Assembly (NCBI GenBank): GCA_014727915.1
Contig: WJMO01000006.1
Coordinates: forward strand, 265,882-329,881
Origin: Candidatus Altiarchaeales archaeon
GTDB lineage: Archaea > Altiarchaeota > Altiarchaeia > IMC4 > SCGC-AAA252-I15
Reading direction: 5' to 3'
DNA: 64,000 nt
Below are positions 8,055-16,548 of the stretch, in pieces (positions within the stretch are counted from its first letter, which is position 1; each line of letters opens with the position of its first letter). Under the pieces are notes generated by a model. The model had not been told where the DNA came from. It ran no database searches and saw only the letters and a program-made list of their open reading frames with translations. The translations under genes were made by a program, and so were the position numbers.

Positions 8055-9035
8055 ATGAAGGCATACTATATAGCTGCGAAATTCTTCCCGGAAGAAGTTA
8101 AGGAAGAGGTCCGGACGCTGCTACAATACTGCGGCAGCAGGATGAGCCCGGAAGTCTGGGTGGGAAGGGCGCTGCTGGTCAGCATGATGGTCTTCACCTT
8201 AGCCCTGTTCATAGTCCACTATACGATAGAAGACTACTGGAGGGCCGTGTTACTGATGCTGTTGGCATTGACAATCTACCACATAACGACATACCTGCTG
8301 CTCTTCTACAAGGCGGAAGGCCGGGCGAGGGCGGTGGAGAGGGTACTCCCCAACTTCCTGCAGCTGGTGGCGGCGAACCTGAACTCGGGGATGACCCCCT
8401 TCCAGGCGTTCAAGGAGTCCAGCAGGATGGAATTCGGGATACTCAAAGACGAGATAGACAACACCATCGCGCTTTCCATGGGTACCATGCCATTCCACGA
8501 CGCGCTGTTGGACATGCCTAAGAGGGTGAAGTCCACCATGTTCAAGAACGTCATCGAGCTGTTCGTGGAGGGGATGAAGACCGGCGGGCCGCTGGCCACC
8601 CTGCTGGCCGACATCGCCAAGGACATAAACGAGAACCTCGACCTGCGGAGGGAAATCGTGACACGCAGCAGGAGCTACATACTGTTCATATCCTTCATAG
8701 TCGTTTTCGGGTCGCCCCTGCTGACCGCGGTTTCCCTCCATTTCATACGCACAATAGACGAGGTCATCGGGGTCGTGCAGATGGAGATCCCGGAGATACA
8801 GAGCGTAGGGGGCATAAGCTTCGGCGAGCTCGTGCTCACCCCGGAGTTCCTGACCCGCGTGGGCATCGTGAACATCTCGCTCACCTCCCTGATAGCCAGC
8901 TGGCTTCTAGCGATAATCAGCCATGGGAAGGACAAGTACCTGTTCAGGTACGCTGTATTCCTCGTTCCCGCATCTATCGCGGCGTTCTTCATACTCGACT
9001 TCCTGATAAAGACGTTGTTGGGTTCACCGATATAA
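8055..9035 (+). CDS. pilus platform membrane protein 2, single T2SSF domain
   Basis: The 326-aa protein has the same TM-helical domain-TM layout as 6064..6951 (..NFLQLVAANLNSGMTPFQAFKESS..MPFHDALLDMPKRV..). Confidence 0.8.
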   Translation: MKAYYIAAKFFPEEVKEEVRTLLQYCGSRMSPEVWVGRALLVSMMVFTLALFIVHYTIEDYWRAVLLMLLALTIYHITTYLLLFYKAEGRARAVERVLPNFLQLVAANLNSGMTPFQAFKESSRMEFGILKDEIDNTIALSMGTMPFHDALLDMPKRVKSTMFKNVIELFVEGMKTGGPLATLLADIAKDINENLDLRREIVTRSRSYILFISFIVVFGSPLLTAVSLHFIRTIDEVIGVVQMEIPEIQSVGGISFGELVLTPEFLTRVGIVNISLTSLIASWLLAIISHGKDKYLFRYAVFLVPASIAAFFILDFLIKTLLGSPI

Positions 9036-9036
9036 G

Positions 9037-10155
9037 ATGAAGGTTGCACTGGTAAGCGAGTACTTTCCAATGAGCCCCGGCCGGGAGATGCGCGGGGGAG
9101 TGGAAGCCAGGACATACTTCGTGTCAAGACACCTCGCCAAACGCCATGACGTCAAAGTCTACAGCATCATGGAGGATGGGATGAGCGAGGAAAGCGAGTT
9201 CGAGGGCATGAGGGTGGCGAGGGTGAAGCCCGAAGTGTCCTATTCACAGTCGTCGTCTTTGGACAAGCGATTGATGTTCATGCGAAACGCCGCAAAGGAG
9301 ATTAGGAAGGGAGGTTATGACCTGGTGGACGGCTGCAGCGTCACAGGATACCCTCCCGCATGGTGGAGCAAGTGCAGGGGTAGGGTGATAACATACCACG
9401 ACCTCTGGACAGGCAGATGGATCCAGAACATGGGTTGGAAGGGGTTGTTCGGGGAAGTGCTGGAAAGGTACGTCCTGTCAAGGAACTGGGACCACATAAC
9501 GGCCGTCAGCCAGTACACCAAAGACAACCTCGTAGATTATGGGATAGACGCGGATAGGATAACCGTCGCCCACAACGGCATAGACTTGGAAGAGTACAAG
9601 AGCGTGAATTCTGAAAAATACGATTCGCCAACGGTCTGCGCTGTGGCCCGGATGGTGAAGTACAAGCGATTGGAAGACCTGATAAGAGCCCATTCGCTGG
9701 TGAGGGAGGAGGTAGAGGACGCCAGGGTGAGGATAATAGGCACCGGACCCGAGAGAGAAAGGCTCGAATCATTGTCGGAATCCCTGGGAGTCTCCGACTC
9801 CGTGGAGTTCATAGGATACGTGAGGGAGCACGCTGAAGTCCTGAAGACCATCAAGTCCTCCCATTGCCTCTGCCTGCCCAGCGCGGTGGAGGGGTTCGGC
9901 ATAACCGTCGTGGAAGCCATGGCATTGGATGTTCCTTATGTGGCGTCGGACATACCAGCGGTAAGGGAAGCCACGAGAGGCGGGGCTGGCGGATCTCTAT
10001 ACAAGCTGGGAGACGTTGAGGAACTGGCGGAAAAGCTGAAGGCCGCGCTAAACGGCGAGGTAAGGGGAGGGGTGAAGTTCATAGAGGAGTACGATTGGAG
10101 CAGGACGGCGGAGAAGGTGGAGGACGTCTATGAGAGAGTCGTTGAACGGAGTTGA
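9037..10155 (+). CDS. glycosyltransferase family 4 (GT-B)
   Basis: The C-terminal motif PSAVEGFGITVVEAMALDVPYVASD is the E-x7-E region typical of GT4 enzymes. The start lies 1 nt after the platform gene stop. Confidence 0.9.
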   Translation: MKVALVSEYFPMSPGREMRGGVEARTYFVSRHLAKRHDVKVYSIMEDGMSEESEFEGMRVARVKPEVSYSQSSSLDKRLMFMRNAAKEIRKGGYDLVDGCSVTGYPPAWWSKCRGRVITYHDLWTGRWIQNMGWKGLFGEVLERYVLSRNWDHITAVSQYTKDNLVDYGIDADRITVAHNGIDLEEYKSVNSEKYDSPTVCAVARMVKYKRLEDLIRAHSLVREEVEDARVRIIGTGPERERLESLSESLGVSDSVEFIGYVREHAEVLKTIKSSHCLCLPSAVEGFGITVVEAMALDVPYVASDIPAVREATRGGAGGSLYKLGDVEELAEKLKAALNGEVRGGVKFIEEYDWSRTAEKVEDVYERVVERS

Positions 10156-11716
10156 TAGCGGAGCCTGGATGCTAATAGCGCTTATACTTTCTTCCGCGCT
10201 CATGATACCCCAACTTGGAGACGCGTTCGGCGGATTCCACGGCATGAGCGAAGCCTACTTCACACAGCTTGGGCAGAGCCTCCTCGACAACCCGCTGAAG
10301 TATCCCACGAGGCCGGACGGGTCGGCACAGTCGGACAACATACTACTACCATACCTCCTGTACGTGAGCTTCAAGGTGTTCGGCGTGTCGGAGGCCAGCG
10401 CGCGATTTGTGGTGGTGGCGTTCACGCTCGCGGCAATCGCAGCAGTCTACCATATCTGCAAGAGGCTGTACGGTGCCAGGACGGCAGCATATGCGAGCCT
10501 CATACTGGCGGCTACTCCAATGAATGTGCTAGTGGGTAGGAACGTCCAACCGGACACCGTATTCGTATCCCTCGGACTGTCAGCAGTCTGCCTGTTCCTC
10601 AAGGGCGGCAGACGCAACACCATCCTGGCGGGCGCTCTCGCCTTCCTCTCCTTCCTGGCGAAGCTGCCGGGCATACTATTCACAATCGGCATAATAGCCT
10701 ACGTCATATCCGAGAAGAGAAGCGACGTTCTCAACGACCCCCGGCTTAAAACTTTCCTAGTCACATCCCTCCTGATCATGATACCATACCTGGCGTACAA
10801 CCTTGCCTTCCACCAGCAAGGCTTCCTGTCAGCGGTCACGTCAAGGGTGATGCTGGCAGCCTCGGAGGAGGGGAGCAACAACGGACCGGACATGATAGCC
10901 TACGAGACATTCTACGGATTGAGCCCGCTGATAGCATTGGCATTCCTCGCCGGACTTGCATATTCCATTGCAAAGCATCGTGAAAATAACACCCTGCCCC
11001 TCATATTCTCCGCCATGTTCCTCCTGTTCTTCCTCGTCTACAACAAGCACAGCTACTACATCCTACCACTCGCGCCTTTCGCGGCGATGATAGCAGCGAA
11101 TGCACTGGCGGGCATCAGGGAAAAACGTGTTGAAACCGCGCTCATGATATTGCTGGTCTTGTCCGGCGCGTTCTACAGCCTGCTGATGCTCTGCGGCAAC
11201 AAGTACGGGTACAGGGAATACGAGAGGCTGCCGGGAATTTATGGTGAGGAGGACGCGGCCATAGCGGTGTCGGACCACATCTCCGACAACTTCATAGACC
11301 TCGTAACCTACTACAACCCCCGAGCGGAAGTGATCAGGCTGAAGAACGTAAGGGAGGGCGAGGACTGCCTTATGCCGTTGGACTACACCAGACCAACATA
11401 TAACCTGCTACACCGTTCTGAACTGAGCCTGAACGCGTTGAACGAGGACATGAGAGCCCGACTGCTAGAGAGGAGCGCCGCATCCGACGTCTACGCCCTG
11501 TCATTCTTCGGCATCGTGTTCAGCGCCGAGCCAGCCAACCAGCACTTCTTCACCCACGGGAGGCTGCGGATGAACAGGGCAAAAGACGTCAGAGGAACAG
11601 GGCCGGTGAAACTCGGCGAAGCCCCCGAACTCTTCCTCGTCAAACTGAAAGAAGGAGAAAGACTCTACCGCCGCGAAGACGGAGCATACAGCATACGAGG
11701 CCGAGCAGGTTTTTAA
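10130..11716 (+). CDS. GT-C membrane glycosyltransferase, ArnT/PMT_2-like
   Basis: The protein is polytopic. The N-terminal loop is followed by ..FGVSEASARFVVVAFTLAAIAAVYHICKRLYGARTAAYASLILAATPMNV.., a pattern typical of the ArnT / dolichyl-P-mannose mannosyltransferase family. The start could instead be the ATG at 10169. Confidence 0.7.
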   Translation: MRESLNGVDSGAWMLIALILSSALMIPQLGDAFGGFHGMSEAYFTQLGQSLLDNPLKYPTRPDGSAQSDNILLPYLLYVSFKVFGVSEASARFVVVAFTLAAIAAVYHICKRLYGARTAAYASLILAATPMNVLVGRNVQPDTVFVSLGLSAVCLFLKGGRRNTILAGALAFLSFLAKLPGILFTIGIIAYVISEKRSDVLNDPRLKTFLVTSLLIMIPYLAYNLAFHQQGFLSAVTSRVMLAASEEGSNNGPDMIAYETFYGLSPLIALAFLAGLAYSIAKHRENNTLPLIFSAMFLLFFLVYNKHSYYILPLAPFAAMIAANALAGIREKRVETALMILLVLSGAFYSLLMLCGNKYGYREYERLPGIYGEEDAAIAVSDHISDNFIDLVTYYNPRAEVIRLKNVREGEDCLMPLDYTRPTYNLLHRSELSLNALNEDMRARLLERSAASDVYALSFFGIVFSAEPANQHFFTHGRLRMNRAKDVRGTGPVKLGEAPELFLVKLKEGERLYRREDGAYSIRGRAGF

Positions 11717-11755
11717 GGTCTCTGCGAATACTTTACCAAAAATGATATTTTTTCT

Positions 11756-12466
11756 GTGGTGATTGGATTGATTGATCGAGTTCCGAGCGGGATACCAGGC
11801 CTCGACGAACTCCTGGGAGGGGGTTTCGTCAAGCGGAGGCATATCGTCATCTGCGGGGGTCCTGGAAGCGGTAAGACGACACTTGGCTATGAGTTCCTGT
11901 ACCGGGGGGCTGAAGAGTACAATGAGAAGGGCTTGTTCGTTTCCCTTGAGCAGTCCCCGGAGAGGGTGGTGGAGGGCGCGAAGGCCCTCTTCAAGGAGTG
12001 GGACTGGGACAGCCACCTGGACAAGAACATCGTCGTGACGAGGATACAGTTGGAGGACTTCAACAACCTGAAGGACATAATAGGCAGCTATGTGAGGGAG
12101 CACGGGGTCAAGCGGGTAGTGTTGGACAGCCTCACGTTGCTGAAGCTGTACTTCAGGGGGGAGGACGCGTACAGGAACAACCTCTACGAGCTTCTGACGT
12201 TCATGGGCGACCTGGACTGCACCTCCCTGCTCACGTTGGAGAAGGAGATTAACAAGAGGAGCGAGGCCAACTACGACATGGAGGAGTTCGTGGCCGACGG
12301 GGTCATAAACATGTACCTTGTCCCCAAGGACATGGACCGGCTCAGGGTGTTGGAGATAATAAAGATGCGGGACACAGACCACAGCACCAAGCTCTGCCCG
12401 TTCAAGATAACACCCGAGGGGCTTATGATCTCGCCAAAAGCCAGGATGTTCGGCGGCATCGAGTGA
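11756..12466 (+). CDS. KaiC/RecA-superfamily single-domain ATPase
   Basis: The sequence GIPGLDELLGGGFVKRRHIVICGGPGSGKTTLGYEF carries the Walker A motif. The Walker B candidate is KRVVLDSLTLL. The start codon is GTG and the product is 236 aa. Confidence 0.85.
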   Translation: MVIGLIDRVPSGIPGLDELLGGGFVKRRHIVICGGPGSGKTTLGYEFLYRGAEEYNEKGLFVSLEQSPERVVEGAKALFKEWDWDSHLDKNIVVTRIQLEDFNNLKDIIGSYVREHGVKRVVLDSLTLLKLYFRGEDAYRNNLYELLTFMGDLDCTSLLTLEKEINKRSEANYDMEEFVADGVINMYLVPKDMDRLRVLEIIKMRDTDHSTKLCPFKITPEGLMISPKARMFGGIE

Positions 12467-12467
12467 T

Positions 12468-13364
12468 GTGACGATGGATCCGGGTTCTGGAGTCTACGCG
12501 TACCTTTTGAACAAGGTGACAGGGTATTTCAGCGAGGTCAACGGCAGCCTCGCTGAGAAGGCGCTCCAGGACAGCAGGGGAATATTGGATGAAGCGAAGG
12601 TCAAGTACACCATAGACAAGGGGCTTATAACCATCACCGAATCCGAGGAGAAACACATCAATGCACTGTACGATTTCACCCTATCGGTTGCTGAGGTCTT
12701 CGAATCCAAGTACGGCGTGAACGAGGTGTGGGGTAAGCTGAAGAAGGTAATGGTCTCGGTGCTCGTGGACAACAAGACAGAAGTCAAAGAGTACTCGGTC
12801 GAGCTGCCAATAGCCAAGTACAGGATAAGGTACATGAGACAGGACAATGTGGTCGGCTTCAGCACGGCCAAGATAATGGACAAGGACCGGTGGTTGGACG
12901 GGCAGGTGCTGGTCACAAACCATAGGATGGTATTCCAGGAGACGAAGACCGACTATGAGGTCCCGCTCTCTGCGATAGCCACCATAGGGCGTGAGATATA
13001 CCTGAAGGGGGTGAGTTCCCGGGAGCTAGGGGGCGTGATAAGGATGATAGACTTCAGGATGAAACCTGAGCTGCTCTCATGCGCCCTCTTCCTCGCCGAG
13101 AAGGAGTTCATGAGGGAGTTCATGAGGGTCGTGTCCATAGCTAGGGGAGAGTACGCGAGGTTGAACGACGTCGAGACTAGAGTGTTGCTGGCGCTATACA
13201 GGGAGGTTCCCGCCAAGGAGCTTCCCATGATATGCAACATAGGCGAGTGGGAGGCGAAAAAGTCGTTCGAGCGGATTTTGGACCTCGGGTTCGTGGACAA
13301 AGGCGGGCACCTGACTTCATACGGGATAAACACTGCGGAAGGATACTTAAAACAGAACAGGTAA
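12468..13364 (+). CDS. PH/GRAM-like domain plus C-terminal winged-helix protein
   Basis: The gene starts 1 nt after the KaiC-like stop. The central WLDGQVLVTNHRMVFQETKTDYEVPLSAIATIGRE resembles the G.l.lTn.R..F core of GRAM/bacterial-PH domains. The C-terminal LNDVETRVLLALYREVPAKELPMICNIGEWEAKKSFERILDLGFV is wHTH-like. Confidence 0.55.
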   Translation: MTMDPGSGVYAYLLNKVTGYFSEVNGSLAEKALQDSRGILDEAKVKYTIDKGLITITESEEKHINALYDFTLSVAEVFESKYGVNEVWGKLKKVMVSVLVDNKTEVKEYSVELPIAKYRIRYMRQDNVVGFSTAKIMDKDRWLDGQVLVTNHRMVFQETKTDYEVPLSAIATIGREIYLKGVSSRELGGVIRMIDFRMKPELLSCALFLAEKEFMREFMRVVSIARGEYARLNDVETRVLLALYREVPAKELPMICNIGEWEAKKSFERILDLGFVDKGGHLTSYGINTAEGYLKQNR

Positions 13365-13394
13365 AATGGTAAAAGCGGAGGATATTTGGTTAAA

Positions 13395-14090
13395 ATGACA
13401 GTTGATTTGGACAGGAGCATAGTTGTGAACTTCAAGACGTACGAGCAGGCCACTGGAGCGAAAGCGGTGAAACTGGCTGGCATATGCGATGAGGTGGCGG
13501 AGGAGGCGGGAGCCAACATAGTCGTCGCAGTGCAGGCTGTGGACATACGGGCAGTCGCCGAGGCAGTCTCGATCCCGGTGTTCGCCCAGCACATAGACCC
13601 TGTGAAGTACGGGAGCAGCACAGGTTGGATACTCCCGGAGGCTGTATTGGAGGCAGGGGCAGTGGGGACTTTGATAAGCCACAGCGAGCACAAGCTTGCG
13701 GTATTCGACATAGAGCCCCGAGTGAACAAGGCGAGGGAGTTGGGTTTGACCAGCATAGTCTGCTCTGGCATGGAAAGCAACGAGGAAACGATCAAGGAGA
13801 CCAAGGAGATAGCCGCCTTGAAGCCGGACTTCATCGCAGCCGAGCCCCCGGACCTCATAGGAGGTGACGTGTCTGTGACCACCAGGCCGGACCTAGTCAG
13901 GGGCGTGGTAGAAGCCGTCAAAGAAGTGGATCCTGACGTCAGCGTGCTTACTGGAGCCGGTGTCAAGACCGGCGACGACGTCCATGACGCGCTCGAACTA
14001 GGGACCAGGGGAGTGCTGCTCGCATCAGGGGTGACGAAAGCAGAAGACCCCAAGAAAGCGCTGATGGACCTGTGCAAAGGACTCGAATAG
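13395..14090 (+). CDS. tpiA: triosephosphate isomerase, archaeal short type
   Basis: Motifs present are VNFKTYEQATG, ISHSEHKL, AAEPPDLIGG and GAGVKTGDDV. A GGAGGA sequence lies 12 nt upstream of the ATG at 13395 (the track starts at a TTG at 13386). Confidence 0.9.
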   Translation: MTVDLDRSIVVNFKTYEQATGAKAVKLAGICDEVAEEAGANIVVAVQAVDIRAVAEAVSIPVFAQHIDPVKYGSSTGWILPEAVLEAGAVGTLISHSEHKLAVFDIEPRVNKARELGLTSIVCSGMESNEETIKETKEIAALKPDFIAAEPPDLIGGDVSVTTRPDLVRGVVEAVKEVDPDVSVLTGAGVKTGDDVHDALELGTRGVLLASGVTKAEDPKKALMDLCKGLE

Positions 14091-14134
14091 TTTGGGAAAA
14101 AGTATAAACTATTCATACTTTTCCCCATTATTTT

Positions 14135-15148
14135 TTATTTTCTCTTTTTCCGGTATTCGGTGATTATGTCCTCTACCGAGGATCCAGTCTCTGAGAGCTC
14201 ATGCAGTCTCTTGGCCGTTATGTACCTGAACCCTCCGAGTTCTTCAAGCTCGCCGGACTCATAGGAGGGTATGTCGCTGTCATGCAATAGCTCCACTATC
14301 CTCTTCTTGGAGGTGAAGGCAACCTCAACCCCTTCAAGGGAGTCGGGACGATTCTCGATGAGTGTTAGACCTGCGAGCACATGGGGGTAGACGCCCACGG
14401 GAACGACGTCGCCCTGGGAGATCTTCTTCAGCAGAGCCCTGTATTTCTTCAAATCCCTGATCTGCGTCTTCAAAGAGCCGATTCTCTTCTCCACGTTCGA
14501 ATCCCTCACATGAACCACCCTGCGAGAGCCTTTGGACTTATTCAACTCTGCCTTCAACTCATCCAAAAGGGAATCCCGTTCCAGTATCTCCCCCTTCAAC
14601 GCCTTGACCCTCCTCTCCAGGGAGCGTATGCGCCTCTCCTCCGGGGAGGGAGTTTTAGCCCTCTCGGGTTTGGGTTTTTCGCCTTTAACCTCTTCCACAG
14701 GAGCAAACGCTTTCTTGGCGCGGCTTATGCTGTTGCCCTGGAGGACGAAATGCTTCACCCGGTCGCCGAGGCCAAGGGAGTCGATCTTCTCCAGCTTGTT
14801 CCTGTGCTTGCCATACGCATACAATGCGGCGGCCAGGGAGTCGCGCTGATGGGAGTCGGATAGCTCATAATCCGAGGTGAGAGCCTGCTTTTCCGACACG
14901 GACAGGTCCTTCTCTGGAACGTACATTCGAACCCCCAGGTTGGAAGCGACCTTAGAGACCATCTCAGGAGCGGGATTCACATCACAGGCAACCAGGGAGG
15001 GGGAGCCGAATCGTATGATATGGTTCAATATCCTGGACAATCCCATGTCCTTGCTGCTATGCACTTCGACCAGTTCGCCGCCTAGGTCCAACAGCGACAC
15101 CCCGGAAGTGGTCCCAGGGTCGACGCCAACGATCAAATGCCTACTCAT
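14135..15148 (-). CDS. DUF460 / COG2433-type RNase H-fold (RuvC/YqgF-like) predicted nuclease
   Basis: The N-terminus HLIVGVDPGTTSGVSLLDLGGE...SLVACDVNP is followed by a Lys/Glu-rich coiled coil. The gene overlaps the purF stop by 8 nt. Confidence 0.8.
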   Translation of the reverse strand: MSRHLIVGVDPGTTSGVSLLDLGGELVEVHSSKDMGLSRILNHIIRFGSPSLVACDVNPAPEMVSKVASNLGVRMYVPEKDLSVSEKQALTSDYELSDSHQRDSLAAALYAYGKHRNKLEKIDSLGLGDRVKHFVLQGNSISRAKKAFAPVEEVKGEKPKPERAKTPSPEERRIRSLERRVKALKGEILERDSLLDELKAELNKSKGSRRVVHVRDSNVEKRIGSLKTQIRDLKKYRALLKKISQGDVVPVGVYPHVLAGLTLIENRPDSLEGVEVAFTSKKRIVELLHDSDIPSYESGELEELGGFRYITAKRLHELSETGSSVEDIITEYRKKRK

Positions 15149-16499
15149 CTACAAGTTTCCTCTGAGGGTTCTCAAGCGGGTATTCGCCCGTCAGACACGC
15201 AAGGCACAGGTCTCCCCTGCTGTGCCCTATGGCCTCCACCAGGCCGTCGACGCTCAGGTATGCGAGGGTGTCGGCGCCGATTGTCTTCCCGATCTCCTCG
15301 ACGGACTTCTCCGACGCTATGAACTCCCCGCTGGTCTGCATGTCGATGCCGTAGAGACAGGGGTTCCTTATGGGCGGGGATGCAATGCGGACGTGCACCT
15401 CCTTGGCCCCCGATTTCCTGAGGGATTCTATTATCTTCTTCAACGTGGTGCCCCGGACTATGCTGTCATCCAAAAGGACTATGCGCTTGCCCTCGACCTC
15501 CGACCTGATGGGGTTCATCTTCACCCTCACGCCAAGCTCCCTCTGCTTCTGGTCGGGTAGTATGAACGTGCGGCCAACATAGCGGTTCTTCATGAATGCC
15601 TCGCTGTAGGGTATCCCAGAGCCGTTAGCATAGCCTATGGCATGGGTTATGCCCGAGTCGGGAACGGCGCATACTATGTCGGCTTCGACCGGAGACTCCC
15701 TCGCGAGTATCCTGCCCAGGTCCCGCCTGACCTTGTATATTGGCCTCCCGTCTATCACGGAATCGGCCCTGGCGAAGTAGACGTACTCGAACATGCAATG
15801 GCATAGCCTGCCCTTCGGGCCCGAGTATGATTTCATCTGGTCCCCGAACACGACTATCTCCCCAGGCTTTACATCCCTTAAAAGCTCTGCGCCCACTGTG
15901 TCCAACGCGCAGCTCTCGGAGGCGAGATAATGGTGTTCGCCCTTCCTGCCGATGCATAGGGGGCGGACGCCGGAGGGGTCGCGGACGCCGATTACCATAC
16001 CGTCATAGAGTATCGCGAGTGAATATGAACCGACAAGCTGCTTCATGGTGGCCTGGACGGCCTTTATGAAGTCACCGGTCTTGAGATGCTCTTGGGCTAT
16101 CAGGTGGGCGATCAGTTCGGTGTCTGTCGTCGTTGTGAATGTGCCGCCCATCTCCTCGATCATCTTCTTGAGCCCCTCCTGGTTGACTATGTTCCCATTG
16201 TGGGCTATTGCGAAAACGCCCTTCAAGTAGTTTATCAGGAGCGGTTGGGCGTTCTCGGATTTGGAGTCTCCTGTGGTCGAGTAGCGTACATGGCCTATAC
16301 CACAGTTCCCTGAGAGGTAGGCGTTGCGGAATACCTCGCTGACCAGTCCCATTCCCTTATGGATGCGGATCTTGTCGTTGCATGTGGCTATGCCAGCGGA
16401 TTCCTGGCCTCTGTGCTGCATGGCATGCAGGCCATAGTATATGGTCTCGAATACGTCCGTGTCAGATTGAAAGCCGAAAACTGCGCATTTCTCCTTCAT
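15141..16499 (-). CDS. purF: amidophosphoribosyltransferase
   Basis: The N-terminal nucleophile lies in KCAVFGF. The PRPP loop is VLLDDSIVRGTT, and SPPIRNPCLYGID is also present. Confidence 0.95.
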   Translation of the reverse strand: MKEKCAVFGFQSDTDVFETIYYGLHAMQHRGQESAGIATCNDKIRIHKGMGLVSEVFRNAYLSGNCGIGHVRYSTTGDSKSENAQPLLINYLKGVFAIAHNGNIVNQEGLKKMIEEMGGTFTTTTDTELIAHLIAQEHLKTGDFIKAVQATMKQLVGSYSLAILYDGMVIGVRDPSGVRPLCIGRKGEHHYLASESCALDTVGAELLRDVKPGEIVVFGDQMKSYSGPKGRLCHCMFEYVYFARADSVIDGRPIYKVRRDLGRILARESPVEADIVCAVPDSGITHAIGYANGSGIPYSEAFMKNRYVGRTFILPDQKQRELGVRVKMNPIRSEVEGKRIVLLDDSIVRGTTLKKIIESLRKSGAKEVHVRIASPPIRNPCLYGIDMQTSGEFIASEKSVEEIGKTIGADTLAYLSVDGLVEAIGHSRGDLCLACLTGEYPLENPQRKLVDE

Positions 16500-16548
16500 C
16501 TTCTGGAGGTAATAGTTTTTCTACAACCAGGTATAATAATATAAGCTT
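16500..16548. promoter_or_regulatory. divergent purF/argJ promoter region
   Basis: This 49-nt spacer contains tataataatataag. It is not resolved which box serves which gene. Confidence 0.3.

Noticed and set aside
4321-9035. Interpretation of the ATPase, KaiC-like and platform genes as an archaellum (FlaI/FlaH/FlaJ).
   Set aside because: The window has no archaellin-type genes and no FlaF/FlaG/FlaX/FlaCDE-like genes. The platform is split into two single-domain genes, and the KaiC-like gene is inverted. This is kept only as a question in the KaiC finding.
12953-14128. A 391-aa ORF on the minus strand spanning tpiA and the end of the PH/wH gene.
   Set aside because: It is antisense to two well-supported genes (tpiA motifs are unambiguous). 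Its translation is low-complexity and S/T/A/P-rich, typical of the reverse frame of GC-rich coding DNA.
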